The position numbers were made by a program, and so were the translations under genes. A stretch of DNA of 64,000 nt from Carcharhinus amblyrhynchos (lineage: Eukaryota): positions 46,376,001 to 46,440,000 of the forward strand of contig OZ336881.1 in assembly GCA_965287045.1 (NCBI GenBank), in the 5' to 3' direction. Shown here in pieces: positions 26,086 through 40,350 of the stretch; position 1 is the first letter of the stretch; every line of letters begins with the position of its first letter. The notes below the pieces were generated by a model. It saw only the letters and a list, made by a program, of their open reading frames with translations. It did not search any database and was not told where the DNA came from.

Positions 26086-29000
26086 CTCCTTACTTTGTTC
26101 ACAATGAAGGAAAAATAGACGACTAAGATTATAGGCTTTACAGTGATTTGTTCATGCAGTTATATCATGCAGTTGATCATTCCTTTTGTTTCTCTTCACC
26201 TGAATATTTGTGCCTTTCATGGCTGAAATTAATTTTAGTACCTCGCAAGCGTATTCATTATTGTAGTACCAGAACCCATATTCAAAATGAATACACATAA
26301 TTCATGAAGTCATGGTGCAGAATGCACTCACATAAGAGTGAAGTGGTACATCCATTCTCACAAGATAATTATGAAAGGAACAAAGTGCTGTCAGAGATCA
26401 TGAACATTGGCTGATGACGTTTGGGGCTTATTAACATAGTTGCTTAATTGGAGTGTTTGGCCCTGAAATTCTGCAATGACTGTTCAGTTACAACTGAATC
26501 AGGAGATTGTCAGAATCACCAGAGAGCTGTGTAAATGGGAATTTTCTATTCTGTTGTTCCCTTACTGGTCAAGGCAGGAAAGCAGAGGAACTGATAAAAT
26601 GATCTGGATTTCATGGGAGTGGGGGAGTGGAGGAGTGGTGGGGTGGGGGTGGGGGGGTGGGGAGGGGGGAGGGTGCCTGCATATTGGTGTGGTGTATTAT
26701 CACCACTGTCCCCCTTTGCAAGCGTCAGCCAACACACCTGGAAGAAGCCCAACCCACAGTCATAATGTGCTGTCAACAGGCTAAATGAGAAGAGAATGGG
26801 AGAAAGCTGTGCCCTTGATCTGACTGACCAGTAGCTCTGGACAGCCCCAGCAGCACCAGAAATTTATATTGGTGCTACCCAGACTGCAAAGAGGGCTATG
26901 GATTAAGAGGTTATGGATCCTGTGCAGAGGTAAGTCAGGGGTATTGGATGGGGAAGGATTTCAGGGAGCCCAAAGGATCTACCTCTCCCCGTCCTTCCCA
27001 CCTTTTATGCAGTTTCCTTAAAAAAAATAGCCTGCCCACTCCCACCTCTCTGCTCATGCTAACCGTCTCATGGTGTGGCACTTTATTGTTCCAATCAATT
27101 GGCTATTAATTATTTATTTAAAATGGTGGGTGGGTTGCCAATTTTATGCTGGTTCACCTACAGTGTTACAGGGGACAGTTTGGAGATGGATGAAGGGTGG
27201 TGGGCTTGCCATCCCTCATATTTTACGGCCCCACCACCGCTGAAAATATGCATGGCACAGGGCCCAATTTCAGGAAGCTGATTCCCTCTGGTTGGGTGAT
27301 TGTCTATTTTGGCAGCTTAGGTAAATAAGGGAGTATTGGTAGTTTTAGTCCGGCTTAATTGAAAGAGTGAAAAGGGTACTTGCAATTCTTCATGATCGTG
27401 ACACATTCTGACTAGCATACATCCAAAAGGCAATTGTTCCCCGTGTACATTGTGAAATTGGTGGCATTTTGCCACAAGTGAATATCGCTTCTTTCAGCTG
27501 ACAAAGATGTCATTGTGTTTGGAGGCATGGGCCCAGAATTATCTTGATCCTTGAATTTTTTGAGAAGGCTGTTAAACCATTTACAAAAAAAATGCATACG
27601 TCTACCAAAAATATAGTGAGTAGGCCAGGGAATCACTTGACAAATTTGGGTGATGTGTATTGTAAAACAATGCTGAAGTTTGCTATTGATACTGAGTTGT
27701 GGGCAAATCTTCCTCTTGAAGTGGTTTACTCAGCACAATTTCTAAATCTGCAGCAATTTAATTTGGGAGATATACTCAGTATTATCTCTTGTCCCTAAAG
27801 ATTTGGAACAAATCTATTATGCACTAAAACATTTCTCATTGTATCAGTATCTATAGCAGGCGGTTTTATTCTCAAACTTGGAATCAGCTACAAAGATTCT
27901 TCCCTGTGTGTGGAAACCAATACTGATGGACAAGAACCAGAGGAATAGCTATTTTTAATTAATTATCTGGCTTTTTTTGTGCATTTGATTTCCATTCTCA
28001 CAGTCTGAGAGAGGTGTTATCATGAAAAACACTGACAATGAGAAGGCTGAAGTCTCTACGCCTCTGCTCTAACAATGTGCCTCAACCACAACCTTGGAAA
28101 AGCACCAGTATTTTACACAGCCCGACACTCTGTGCTGTCTCAGGTCCTGAAATTATGCTGCGGTGTGTTTAAAAGTTAAACGTTGAACGTACTCGTTTGA
28201 AATTACTTCCTCCACTGTATAGTGGAGAATGCGAACATAACAATACCAGTCTGGTAGAGGAAGTAATTTCGTGTTAGCATAAATGGTGGTTCATTTACAT
28301 GAAAACATTTAATTCAGTCACAAATAAAACAGAAAGAGAGATTTCAGAGGATTCCACAAAATGGTTGAAAACTTGCACATGTCAACATCAGAGTCTTTGA
28401 GATTGACTGTTTGTTTCTAGTTAGTCCCAGGATGGGATAGTTTTACCATCTGGTCTAACAAACAGATTTTTTTGTTAAAGCGTTCAAAGCCAATTCATCA
28501 CATGGCCATTTTCCCTATTATAATTGAGGGTATTTTCCTCAATTCAGTTGGTTTTCCTGCCCTCCTAAGTTTTACACAATTATGTGCAATATGCTGCTGT
28601 TGTTAACTTGTTCACCACTTACTGTTCATCTGGCATTTTAACTTTACTTGGTACTGCATGCAACTCGTATCTTCATTGGGTCGCTTGGCCAAGAACAGGA
28701 ACTTAGCATGAAAGGACTTGTGGACAGAAATCTATATTTATAGGATGGTGCACCGGGGCACAAAGACAATGTCATGAGCAACTTGACACCCTTTCGTTCT
28801 GTATAGAATACGTAGTATAATTATTTCATAGCTTTTCATTGGTAAACTGTGACGGTAGACACAAGCATTGTGATGCTGAATTTTATGAAAAGGCGGGGAC
28901 AGTGAAATAGCACGGAGAAAACATGACAAGGCCAGGGTGGTCAGACCTTACCAAATTTAGCTGTGGGTTGTTGTCCTCTTTTGTCTCTTCTGTTTCCTGC

Positions 29001-30066
29001 TTGGCAACCAGGTTGGCCAGCTGGAAGAACAAGGAAGAAATCAAAGATCAGGATTAAGTTGCGGTTGAAATCACAATTCAGAGAAGGTTGGGGTGCTGAA
29101 GGGTTAGAGGAGAGAGAGAATTGTAATTGGAAAAGGGAAGGCCAAAGCCTCCTTTGTGAACCAAGAGGATCTGTGCTACTCCTCCTCATCCAAAGATCAT
29201 GCTGTTCTTTTTGAACCAGCAGCCACTGTCTACAATTCTTGGCTGAAAAATGTTAACTTATTCAGGCTTCATATGCACTGTGGGAGCATGATCTAAATAT
29301 GTCAATGAAGTGCCCTGCCTCTTACTAGAGTGTATTATGTGGTTCTTGGGGAACAGTGATCATTTTTTTAAATTGCAATGTAAGGTTATAATTATTGTAT
29401 TGTAGCCACTCCATCCACTTTTCATCAGTTGGTGCCACTCACAAATGCATGAGCAGAATTTGCTGGTTCACCAGAAATGGGCAATTATGCTCTAATGAGA
29501 TCGACTGATCCCTATTGAAAAGTGCATGCATGGACATCAGTCAAGGATGGGAGGTGTGGGTGCTGAAAAACCAGCCAATTAAACACTGTAGGCATTCATA
29601 TAGGTGTAGAATATCAGGTGGATGGAGGATAATTGCGAGCTGAAAAACCATTACCCTGCTGAATATGAATGCCTGACAGATGTGAAACTGAGAAACATTT
29701 GCACAAAAGGAGAGGAGGAAAAAGGTTCTCCCCTGACAGAGGGTGGGAAGACAAAAATACTGACTCTATCTCATTTTCATTTTGTCCTTTAAAGAGGTCA
29801 GCAAAAAGAAATAATAACTTGACAACCTCATACAACAAGTGGCTCCTTTCTAGCAATAGTGTAATATGCACTTATTCTCTAACAATACAGCATTGCAGTG
29901 TCACATTTAAGAACAGGCCATGTTTTTGTGGACCTTTGGATGGTTGTTTCCACGCAGTTGTGCTTGTATCAGATTTTGTGATTGCATATATTAGAAATGC
30001 CAGAGATAAAAGTGTACCGCAAAGCGTGGTCAGTGTGGCTGACCATCTCTATTCATTTCTTTGCAG

Positions 30067-30238
30067 GAACAAGGAAAGATTCGGGTTATTTTTAATGTTG
30101 GAACAGATGACATCACCATTGAAGAATCAAGTGGTATTGTAAATGATGGAAAGTACCATATAGTACGGTTTACACGGAGCGGTGGCAATGCCACTCTACA
30201 AGTGGACAACTGGCCGGTCATTGAACGCTATCCATCAG
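30067..30238 (+). CDS. nrxn2: Neurexin coding exon (LNS6 / beta-neurexin LNS domain, exon preceding SS4)
   Basis: Acceptor ttcatttctttgcag|GAA, donor TCAG|gtatgt; 172 nt, phase 0 to 1. Translates [57 protein letters not shown](G), the hallmark neurexin LNS6 sequence with an NAT glycosylation sequon. Neurexin identity is secure; the paralog call ([12 protein letters not shown] is NRXN2-like) is less so. Confidence 0.93.
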
Positions 30239-31950
30239 GTATGTGCTCATAGGCAGTACAACAATATATTTACATAAGTAATACATACATTTACCTGTTG
30301 TTTGAAGTTCTGTCTGAAATAGGTAACAAAATAATATGCTGGGCTTATATGGTTTCCCACTGATCCTAATAATTCGCAAGATATCTGTGAGATGTGCTAG
30401 ACAGCTCAAGTGATGAACAGAAAAAGCATAAGCGAAAAAAAAATTGAAATAAGCATAGGTGTTTCATTTTACAACATTGATCGCTACATAAAATAATACT
30501 TCCAATATTATTTTTTAAAAATCCAAGTTGAGGGTGAACTGGCTTACATACCAACATAAATGTATTAAATGTCAACAGCTCAATATTAAATCATCATTTA
30601 AACAATGGAAGGGCTTTGACAAAAGCTGTGTGAAGAAAGGAATAGGAAATTTCAAACAGGGTTTCACAATAATTTGTTGCACAGAACGGCAAAGTATTTC
30701 ATTACTGTGAAAAGGCATACATGAACAGGTTAGGCACTTTATTTTGTTTAACTGAAGCAAAAGGCTATCGACAATGAATTTACCACCTTGCTTCGTGTTG
30801 CCTAAAAATAGATTCAGCTTCCAAAGGTGAAACTTCCACAAAGGACATAGGGCAGCGCAAAGATCAGAAATATAAAAACTTTAAGATGTGAAATGTGGAT
30901 GCAGCAGGATAAAAAGGTTATGGGTGAATTGTTGATTACATTTGGTTAACCACTTCAGTTTCTAAAGTATTTGATCACAGGAAGTATCAACTGTCGATGT
31001 GGGTTATCCACAAAGCGAACAATGTCTTTGGAGGAGAAATGCATCTTGAGTGGTGGCGCAAGATGGGTGATAGCAGATCAGCTGCCTGTTAAATACGACA
31101 CCTGACATTCAGTTCATTACAATCATTGGAATTAACTATCAGGCTTGGCACAGAGTTGGCAGCCTGTCCGATACCACCCATTTTTTGCCATTGCCGGGGT
31201 AAGTTTCTACCCCTTATTCTTTTGAAGTAGGCCCTAGCTAAATGAGATGTTAGTAATATAGTTTATGCACACTAAACTCTGGGAACTCATCCAAACTAAA
31301 GTTTTATTTCTTTTAAGATTTCTGAATTTGGATACTTTTTGGTTTATGTATTTTGTTTCTTATGTTGCTTTATTTGTAAAGCACTTAATGCGTTCAGGTT
31401 TGCATAAAGAAGATAAGAAAAAATATACAAGCAACATAATGATTTCCTGGCCTTTTGAATATGTAAGTGTAATATTTAAGGGGACATTAAAAGGAATGAC
31501 TGCTTATTACTATTCCTGAGAAAATCTTAGCATTCTAGTGTAGAAGCTTGTGAACACTTGTTACAATAAGTTACAAAGAGTAATGAATATGTTGGTCTTT
31601 AAAAGGAGCACCAGCAAGTCATGAATAAAAAAATGTATTTATGAAGCATTTCTCTCCATTCAAAACTACTGATGTAAACTGTTGGTTAGCCCAAGCATTG
31701 AAATAAATGGAGAATACTGCAATGATTATCTCTTTTTCCCCTATTCTATCTTGTTTGGTGATCAAAATGCCAGAGCTCCAAAGTGTATCTTCTGAGCACC
31801 AACAAAATTATTGGTTGGGTTACAAGCCAAATAATATGAACTGAGGTCTGGTAAAACATAGCTTGAAGTTCACTTAGAAAGGAAGGGGCTGAAAGTGATA
31901 GTGTATTCCTAACCTTTGAATGCTCAGATTTAAAGCATTGTTCATAAAAT

Positions 31951-32247
31951 CATAGAATCCCATTCAGCCCATCAAGTCTGCATTTACAACAATCCCACTC
32001 TATCTCGTAATCCCACATATTTACCTTGCTAATCCCCTTGACACTGAGCGGCAATTTTGAATAGTCAATCAACCTAATCCGCACATCTAGGAACTGTGGG
32101 ACGAAACAGGAGCACCCAGAGGAAACTTACACAGACACCGACAGAACATGCAAGCTCCACAGAGACAGTCACTCAAGGTCAGAATTGAACCCGGATCCCT
32201 GGTGCTATGAGGCAGCAATATCAACCACTGTGCCACCGTGCTGCCCT
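31951..32247 (-). mobile_element. HE1/V-SINE
   Basis: Reverse complement starts gggcagcacggtggcacagtggttgatattgctgcctc with a gggttcaattc B box; CR1-type tail gattctatg. Confidence 0.85.
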
Positions 32248-33687
32248 GTTGAATTGTTTGACTTGTTTTTATGAAAAAATGTTTTTAAGACTTTTAAAGC
32301 AGTTGACATGCATGTTGTGACAATCTTTGATCAAGAAATGAAAAATGTGCACTGATGGAGAACTGTGATTCAGCTTTAGCATGACAGAGTCATGAATATT
32401 GATTGGTGACTTGTGCCAGAATTAGTAAAAAGATTATGTAGTTATCCAAACACTAACAGACAGTTTTATATTTATAACAAAGTTAATACTTGCACAGATT
32501 TGGTACTATATTAAGAACTAAGCTAAATGTGTTAATCTGAATTAGAATAAAAACATCGTGGCGGTTTTGATAATGAACATTAAGAACTCATAATGAGGAC
32601 CAAAATAACTCACAATAAGGCCAAAACTATTGCATTGCAATTGTATTTTCAAAGAGCATCTGGAATAGTCCTGTGTGTCTCATGTGCTGTCAATTTCAGA
32701 ACCATTCTTCTCAAATCCATCTGATAGCTGAGTTGGTTAACACACTAAACGCTGAGGATTGGAGGTGCACTCACTAATAAGATTACAAATTCTGGTAGTA
32801 GCTGAGCTAGACGATTTCAGCTAAAGTACCCCAACTGGACCATTATGCACTGGCGTCTTGTGGAAAGTCCACATATGTGGATGTTAGTTGAAGTGACACC
32901 TGATTGTTCCTCTGCTGCATTGTGGAATAGTTTGCCAGCATCCAATATTCACCCTTACATCTAGAATGCGCCCACTTGGGCCAAACACCAGACATCCTTC
33001 TGATGCAAGAAATCAAAAATCGAAAGTACTCATTTTCTAAAGGTAACTTGGATATGTACTTAAAAATAAATATTTGAGGAAAAGAAAGTTTCAAAATGCC
33101 AACACAGACTCTAATGTCAAAATGATCTCCTTCCGTCGTGTATTATGATAATAAAGAACTGGGCACCAAAATAGAGCACCTTGCTTTATAAATGTAACCA
33201 ATCCAATTATTTTACACAGATAACAGCCAGCCCAAAAAGTCCACTGCCAATTTTGGCCCAGAAATGCAATGAAAAAGAAAAAGATCAAAGTCACATAATC
33301 AGGTGTATACTAATATAAATTGAAAGATGAATTTCATAGTGGTACTGTATTGCTCAATGAATCAAATTATTTAAAGCTGTTGAAGGTATCTTTCCCTGGC
33401 ACATTTTACAACATTTTTGGCATGAACATTAATTTTATGAAAAGGAAGGAGCCTACTGCACAGAAATCAATCTGCATTTTTTGCCCAAGGTATCAGAATG
33501 AATTAATTGCTTTGACATGTGCAATATATAGCTAAATTCACCTCAGGAGAAAAAGAGCTTCATCACAGAAAAGTTACAGTTGCTCTGTTTTGCTGAAAAC
33601 CTGCTTTAAATTTCTAGAAACTTTGTAGAACAAAGTAAATAAAATGTCCTCAGAAAACAATTGAAAATCCATCCAGCTCAAGTAATA

Positions 33688-34052
33688 GGGGCAGCAACGT
33701 GGCACAGCGGTTAGTACTGCTACCTCACAGTGACTCAAGTTCAATGCCAACCTTGGGTTACTGTCTGTGTGGAGCTTGCATGTTCTCCCCATGTCTGTGT
33801 GGGTTCCTTCCAGGTGCTCCAGTTTTCTCCCACAGTCCAAAGTTGTGCAGATTAGGTGGGTTAACCATGCCAAATTGCCCCTTGGTGTCCAATGATGTTA
33901 TCACCGCATACCAATATACGTGACAATAAATTGAATCAAAGATTTGATGGATTAGCTATGGTAACATGGTGATAAGGTGGGGAATGGGCCTGACCAGGAT
34001 GCTCTTTTGGAGAGTTGATGGGCCGAATGGCCTTCTTCTGCATAAAGTCTAT
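33688..34052 (+). mobile_element. HE1/V-SINE (with small internal insertion about 33895-33940)
   Basis: ggggcagcaacgtggcacagcggttagtactgctacctcac head, central domain, tail gggccgaatggccttcttctgca. Confidence 0.85.
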
Positions 34053-36093
34053 GGTCCTACATTATGGATTGTTTAACAAAGGTATGTTTTAATAATCAAA
34101 CTAGAGACTTTATTCGAGATTACACTCCTTCAAAACAGCAATAACCATATGTTGTAGAAACTCTTTCTGCTTATTTGGCTGGTAATAAGGTTTCCTGAAC
34201 TTATATCCAAGTTGTTTGGTTGGCTGTTTTAGCTAGAGTGAAACCAAACAGACCTGAAACACTCATTTTGTTGACTGTATCTTTTGAGAAATATCATCTT
34301 TGACAGGATATAGGGGTCACTAGCAGGGCAACATTGAAGTGGGTGGCTTATTGTCCCAATTCAGGGGGCAGTTAAGAGTCAATCATATTATGTTGATTGG
34401 GACCAGGTAAAGATGGTCGATTTCCTTCCCTAAGGGACATTGGTGAACCAGATGGATTCTAACCTGCAAATCTACTGACAGGTGACACACGGCTGCTGAA
34501 TCTGAGAACATAGTTGAGAGGCACATGCAAAGGAAACACAATCATAAGTGCCCAAGCCTTACTTTGCTGCCGTCATAGAAACAAAATGTTATTAAGTTTT
34601 GAGTGGTGAAAATCATGGCATCAATTAATTGCTTTCAAGTTACTATTGATAATTTCAGATGTACGTTGTAAGTATGAATATTGTTATTTCGTGGCTCAAA
34701 AATAACTTATGATTATTTTTCATGGTGCTTGAAGGAAATAGCAGCAATATCACAGACAGGCATGAAAAATAATTTATATACTACTAAAGAGGCTCTGTAG
34801 ACAATTGACAAATGGTGAAATCGTAAGTCAGTCATGGACAAATTCAGTTTACTTAGAAAACAATTCACGGCTTCAGTTTATTATTTAAATAATGAAAAGA
34901 CAGGCCATTGTGAGGACAGATTTTTCCTTGATATAATTGGACTGAGATTAAAATGGCGACACAAATTCAACCAATAAATAAACTAACGTAAAACTGACAA
35001 AATTCTAAATAGAATAATAGCGACAAGCCCAGCATTGCATTTTCGTTATGTCCCATGAGCTAGTTTAAATTTGAACCTCTGTGACGAATTGCAACTTTAC
35101 ATATTAAAAACCATAACTAATTATACTGATTGCAGCACAATCTTATCCATAATAAAAATGCACTCGCTGTTCCAGTTCAGTTCTTAGTGTCATAAAGATT
35201 ATTTTTCAATATGTTGTCACGGCGCCAGTTTACATTTCTCACTCCATGGCTAATAAGCATATATAAGAAGCCAAGTTAAGCATGGTTATCTAGTGCAGTG
35301 GAGCTTCTGTTTATTAACAGGGAGCATTATATGTGGATTCATGGATTCATACTTGTAAATCTCTGCAGACCCTTGGGGGCTGGAAGATTAGATCGTGCCA
35401 TCCACATTTATCAGATGAAACCTTGCACAGAAAATGATGTGTGTGCTTATTCAGTGCCAGGTAGGCAGAGCACGCCATATTAGAGTGGTCAGAATGTCCT
35501 CTGGTCATGGAGGGTGGCCCACCAGAAACAGAAACCTGGTCCCCAATTTGCAGAGGCTATTTCAGACCCCTTCCCAAAAATGATTGGTGCCCGAGCACCA
35601 TTGTTGTTGCATTCTGTTCTACATCAGGTGCAGAGCAACCAAATCATCGGTCAATTAGTGCTGCCAATAAAAAGGTAAGTTGAAACATTTTTACTAACTT
35701 GACCATGGAGTCAGATGGAATAAGAGTGCTCCTTTTGTCTCCACAATAAAAACAGCAGTCCACTAAAGTGCTGCTCCTTCTCGATAACTCCAGCACTCGA
35801 ATTGCTGTTATTCCAGTGGGTAGCACAGCGAACAGGCAAATTTCATCTGCTGCTTTACAGGTACACTGCCTCATGGGACATGCCTGGCTTCACCAGCATA
35901 CTGGTCGTGTCCTGATGATGAAAGAGGATCAATTTCATATGATCTTTTTGTCATCATTTTCAACGTCTCAATTTCTGTTTGCTGCTGGTTTTGGGCTTAA
36001 AGTTGGTCATGAACAAACATCTGGGCCCCCTAATCTCATCTGCATTATCACTGGGGATGTTTTTAATGAAATCTGCAATTCCCTCACTGGAGA

Positions 36094-36231
36094 TTGAGAT
36101 TTTTGAACTGTGTGAATGTTAGAACTAGTTGGAAAATTGCCCAATGTGTTATCCAATAAATTTGAGGTTTTTTAACTGTGTGAATGTTAGAATTAGTTGG
36201 AAAATTGCCCAATTTGTTATCCAATAAATTT
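36094..36231. repeat. 68-bp tandem duplication (2 copies)
   Basis: aactgtgtgaatgttagaa(c/t)tagttggaaaattgcccaat(g/t)tgttatccaataaattt at 36106 and 36174. Confidence 0.9.
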
Positions 36232-39200
36232 ATGTGCATGGGTATATGGAAAATATTTTCAAGTTCGCAGGTCAAAGATGGGGGGTGCAACAGTGAAAAG
36301 TTATACTTCCTAAAATTGGAAATGCCTTACCGATTGTTGTAGCGTATTGAACCATTCTGAGGTACCCATACAAGCTAGTAGCAAGCCGTGATGTTTTAGC
36401 TAAAACAAATTGTTGTCACAAAACAACATTATTTTTGATTGGTTTGCTTTGACTGACTGATATGTTTTGTCAGGAGTGGATTGTGTAGACCTCCTTTCTG
36501 GAAGCTGTGTCTGTAGAAATAATGGTCATGTGATGCAATAATGATAGATGACAACAGCCAGAAGCAAGATACAGTACACATGAAAAGAAAAATCTTTCTA
36601 TTGCATCAATACAATCATAATGCGGTTTGTTAGAAACCAGTGGTCAATTTGTACGCTGTTTGTAATTATTCTCCTTTTTGGACTACTAGAATGACAATCA
36701 CGCACAGGCCGTTTTAACAGTTTGTGCGAATCAAATTGTCTTGTGAAGATACTGCAAGTTGTTTTGTCATTCAGTGATTGCAATGAATAGTCCATCCCTG
36801 TATCCTAAGTCACTGAAATCTAAAATTTTCAGATCTTGGAGCAAGCATCATTTTCCAAAGATCAGTGCCTTCTATCCCTGGTAAATGGATAAGTTTATAC
36901 TGTTGCCTGAGTATCTCATTATTTTCTGAAAAAAAGATGCCTGTAGCGTTGAGGTGTTAATGTTTTGATAGCAAACTTCCAGGTATCTTTGGGATAAAAT
37001 ATTGTGATTCTTGTCTGTTTCTGCTGAACAATATGCATCTAAGCCCATCTAAACGCTAGCCCTTTGAATTATTTTACTTTTTATTCAGCCAAAGGCTATG
37101 GCCAGTGCATATAGTAAATTGGTGAGCATTTTTTTCAATTCCCTTGCTTCAGAATAAATCAAAGGGCCCTTCTTATATTGCATTAACTTGTATTTGAATG
37201 CATACAAATGCAATTTTCCAGTTGTCCCATGCAAATATTTATTTGCTGAAATTGCTTTAACTAATTTGAATCAATGCTGCTGGGATTTAACAGTTTTAGA
37301 TCAATACAATTTCTCTCATTGTTACGAAATGAATTAGAAGCTTTGATGGCTAGAAATTATTAGTTGCAATATTATTGATCAAATACCAGCTGTTTAAGTT
37401 AAGTCCTTTAATTCCTCAGTTAAAATAGTGACAAGAGAATTATATGTAAGTTAATTAATATTGCAAACAGTCATTTTTGGCTTTAGAGCAGAATAGCACA
37501 TCTGAAACATATAAAAAAGCCAAATCAAAACATAGAAGTCTGCATCACAGAAAAAATACAGTCACTGTGTCTGAACCATTCTCCACAATAGAACAATTAA
37601 AATCTATTGCTCTGCTTTCTTCCCGCATCCCCCCATCTTTAAATATTTGTGCACTTTTCCTTTCAAAGGTGCCAGGATCAACTACTCCATCTGGCAAAAT
37701 ATTTCTTGATCCAACTGCCCTCAAAGTAAAAGATTGACTTTGACCTGCCTTTTCTTATTGACAATTTGAAATTGACTACCCCGATCACTGAATGCTTAAT
37801 CAGTCTTTTCCTGCTCATCTTCTCACAGTCATACTAATGCTAAAAACATCAATCACGTATCCTCCTTGTCTCACTGCTCCAATGAAAACTATGCTATTTC
37901 TGAAAACTATCTAGTTCTTGGAATTTTCCGCACAAATTCTAGATGTGGCTTATCACTTATAATTTATGCAGTTTCTTTATTCCCTTTACTGGCTTTGATT
38001 TTTCTGCTGATATCACCAGCATTGCTGTGTTATCCAATGAAACTGGGAAAGAAAAGTTTCACTGGACAACTAAAATGAAGGGGTAATTGTCTCCAAATAT
38101 TATACAGTAACAAAGGCACGAGTTCATTTATTTTGCAAAGAGACAAAGGAATGTTGTATGAAAATGAAATATTCATTTACTGTTATTACTTATGATAATT
38201 CCAACCTGACAGTCTTCCCACATATAAAAGCTGTATATAAGCCAAATTAGATTATTGTCTTCTTCATGTAGACAATTAACATTAAAATATCATCTTGATT
38301 CTGACCCAGATTTTCGCCACAACGGAGAGCACACACATAGTGGCAAAAATGAAGAAATCGCCCAAAGACAATAGGTTCCACCCCTGAACACAGCACTTGT
38401 CAGTTTCACAGCAGCAGGAAAGGGGGTAATTCACATTTTATACATGCAGGGAAGCAGCTGACCATTCAAATCAACAGCTAGCTCCATTGAAGTCTGAGTT
38501 TTGTAATCCCGGAGGGTGAAACCCAAAGTTTGTGCATTTCTTTGGATATCCAAGGTTTCATTTTGAAGAGGTGAGTACTGCTTTGGAAAACAAAGTTACT
38601 CTGTTGGATCTAGTCCCAGGATGCTTTGGAGAAGTTAAAGACGCCTTTGAAATTACTAAAATTAGGTATGGCTGCATATTTAAAAAGTGTGTAAACTTGT
38701 TAACAGTCAAGTTCATTGGAACTATCAATAAATCTGTCAAAATCAACATTCCAAACTGTCAAGAGGATTTGTCAAAAGCATCTGTCATTGAGAATTGTTA
38801 AGCTGTCGAGAAATTTAAAAGTCATGCCCTTTAGATCTTTGAAAAAAATTGTCTGCAGTGTTTAAAAATTATAATTACTTGCTATTACACTCTGTTGATA
38901 TAAGCATGAGGGCTTCCATTTCCTGATTGTCCTATTTTACAATTTGATTATTTTTCAATATGGTGAAGTCTGCAATTGACAGTTCAGTTAGAAATCTATA
39001 AAATAAATTTCTGTCCCATCTCTGCATGAATTCTAACATAGGCCCATGCTAGACACTGGGTGAATTGGCATGGTAGATGTAAGGGTAAAGGTGGTGAACA
39101 GGCATGTGCTACCATGAGTTGAACTAAGTTGGCAGGGGAGCTATGAAGGGCCATAATGGTGGTTATTCGGGCATTAGATGGCAAGAATAGTATGAGGACC

Positions 39201-39404
39201 ACTGGTGGGTAGAGGGGCATAATTTGGCATGGGAATATGAAGGGCTGGAAGAATAGGCACAGGGAATGAGGTGGAATGGGTTAATACAGATAGGGAATGG
39301 GGAGTGTGTGGAGCGTTGAGTGGGTGGGTGAGAGCTAAGGAGATTTTTAAAAATCATTGCCTAAAGTGCCAGAGCCTGGAGGTGGCCTTCTGCTGAGCCC
39401 ATGT

Positions 39405-40350
39405 CTGCCACCCAGAATCTTAGCGTGCACCGATCGTCAGTTGTTTCATCAATGATCTTCCCTCCATCATAAGACCAGAAATAGGGATGTTCACTGATGA
39501 CTGCACAGTTTAGCACAATTTGTGAATCCTCAGTCCTTACCTGAATGCAGCAAGACTGGGACAATATTCAGCTTTGGGCTGATAAGTGGCAAGTAGCATT
39601 TGCAACATACAGGTGTCAGACAATGACCATTTCCAATAAGATAAAATCTAACCTTTTCCCCTTGAAATTTAATGGAATTACCATTGTTGAATTCTCCATT
39701 ATCTGCTTTCTGAGGGTCATTATTGACCAAAAATGGAACTGGACCAGCTATTTAAACACTATAGGAAAACAAGAGAGTAGCTCATCTACAGACTCTCTAG
39801 TGTTTGTCACCATCTACAAGTCGTAAGCCAGGAGTGCGATCAAATACTCCCTACTTGTCACGATGAGTGCAGCTCCAACAACACTCAAGAAGCTCAACAC
39901 CATCCAGGTCAAAGCGGCCCACTTGATTGGCATCTCACCTTCCACCACCTTCGACATTCACTTCTTCCACTACAGATGCATTGTGGCAGCAATGTGTACT
40001 ATCTACAAGGTGCACTGCAGTAACTCACGATCAACAGTATCTTCCAAACCTGTGACCTTTACCACCTAAAATACAAGGGCAGCCGGCACACAGGAACCAT
40101 CACCTGTAGCTGCCCTTGAAGTCACACACCATTCTGAGTTGGAACTATATCATTGTTCTTTCACTGTCACTGAGTCACAACCCTAGAACTCCCTTCCTAA
40201 CAGCACTGTGGATTGCTCCTCTAATACAAGGACTACAGTGGTTCAAGAAGGCAGCTTACCATCACCTTCTCAAAGGCAGTTAGGGATGGGCAATAAATAT
40301 TGATGTGGTCAGTGATACTCACACCCTGTGAACAAATAATTCAAGAAAAA
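39405..40350 (+). mobile_element. CR1-superfamily LINE 3' fragment (different family from the other CR1 copies)
   Basis: SCFINDLPSIIRPEIGMFTDDCT (FADD box), MQQDWDNIQLWADKWQVAF, MSAAPTTLKKLNTIQVKAAHLI; 3' UTR ending gggatgggcaataaat...aagaaaaaaa. Confidence 0.8.

Noticed and set aside
26615-26675. G-run clusters as functional G-quadruplexes (also 55440-55500, 58790-58830)
   Set aside because: They lie in GC-rich interiors of decayed repeats; homopolymer lengths are unreliable and nothing supports function.
1-30066. Upstream neurexin exon or beta-neurexin first exon/promoter
   Set aside because: No GTTYIF/DRPSTRADRLA-type peptide, signal-peptide exon or CpG island was seen; the preceding exon probably lies before the window. 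The next exon (TDD.LVASAEC) was likewise not found after 53611.
36094-36231. Direct repeats as a CRISPR-like array (also 43086-43308)
   Set aside because: Only two adjacent copies with no spacers; ordinary local tandem duplications in a vertebrate intron.
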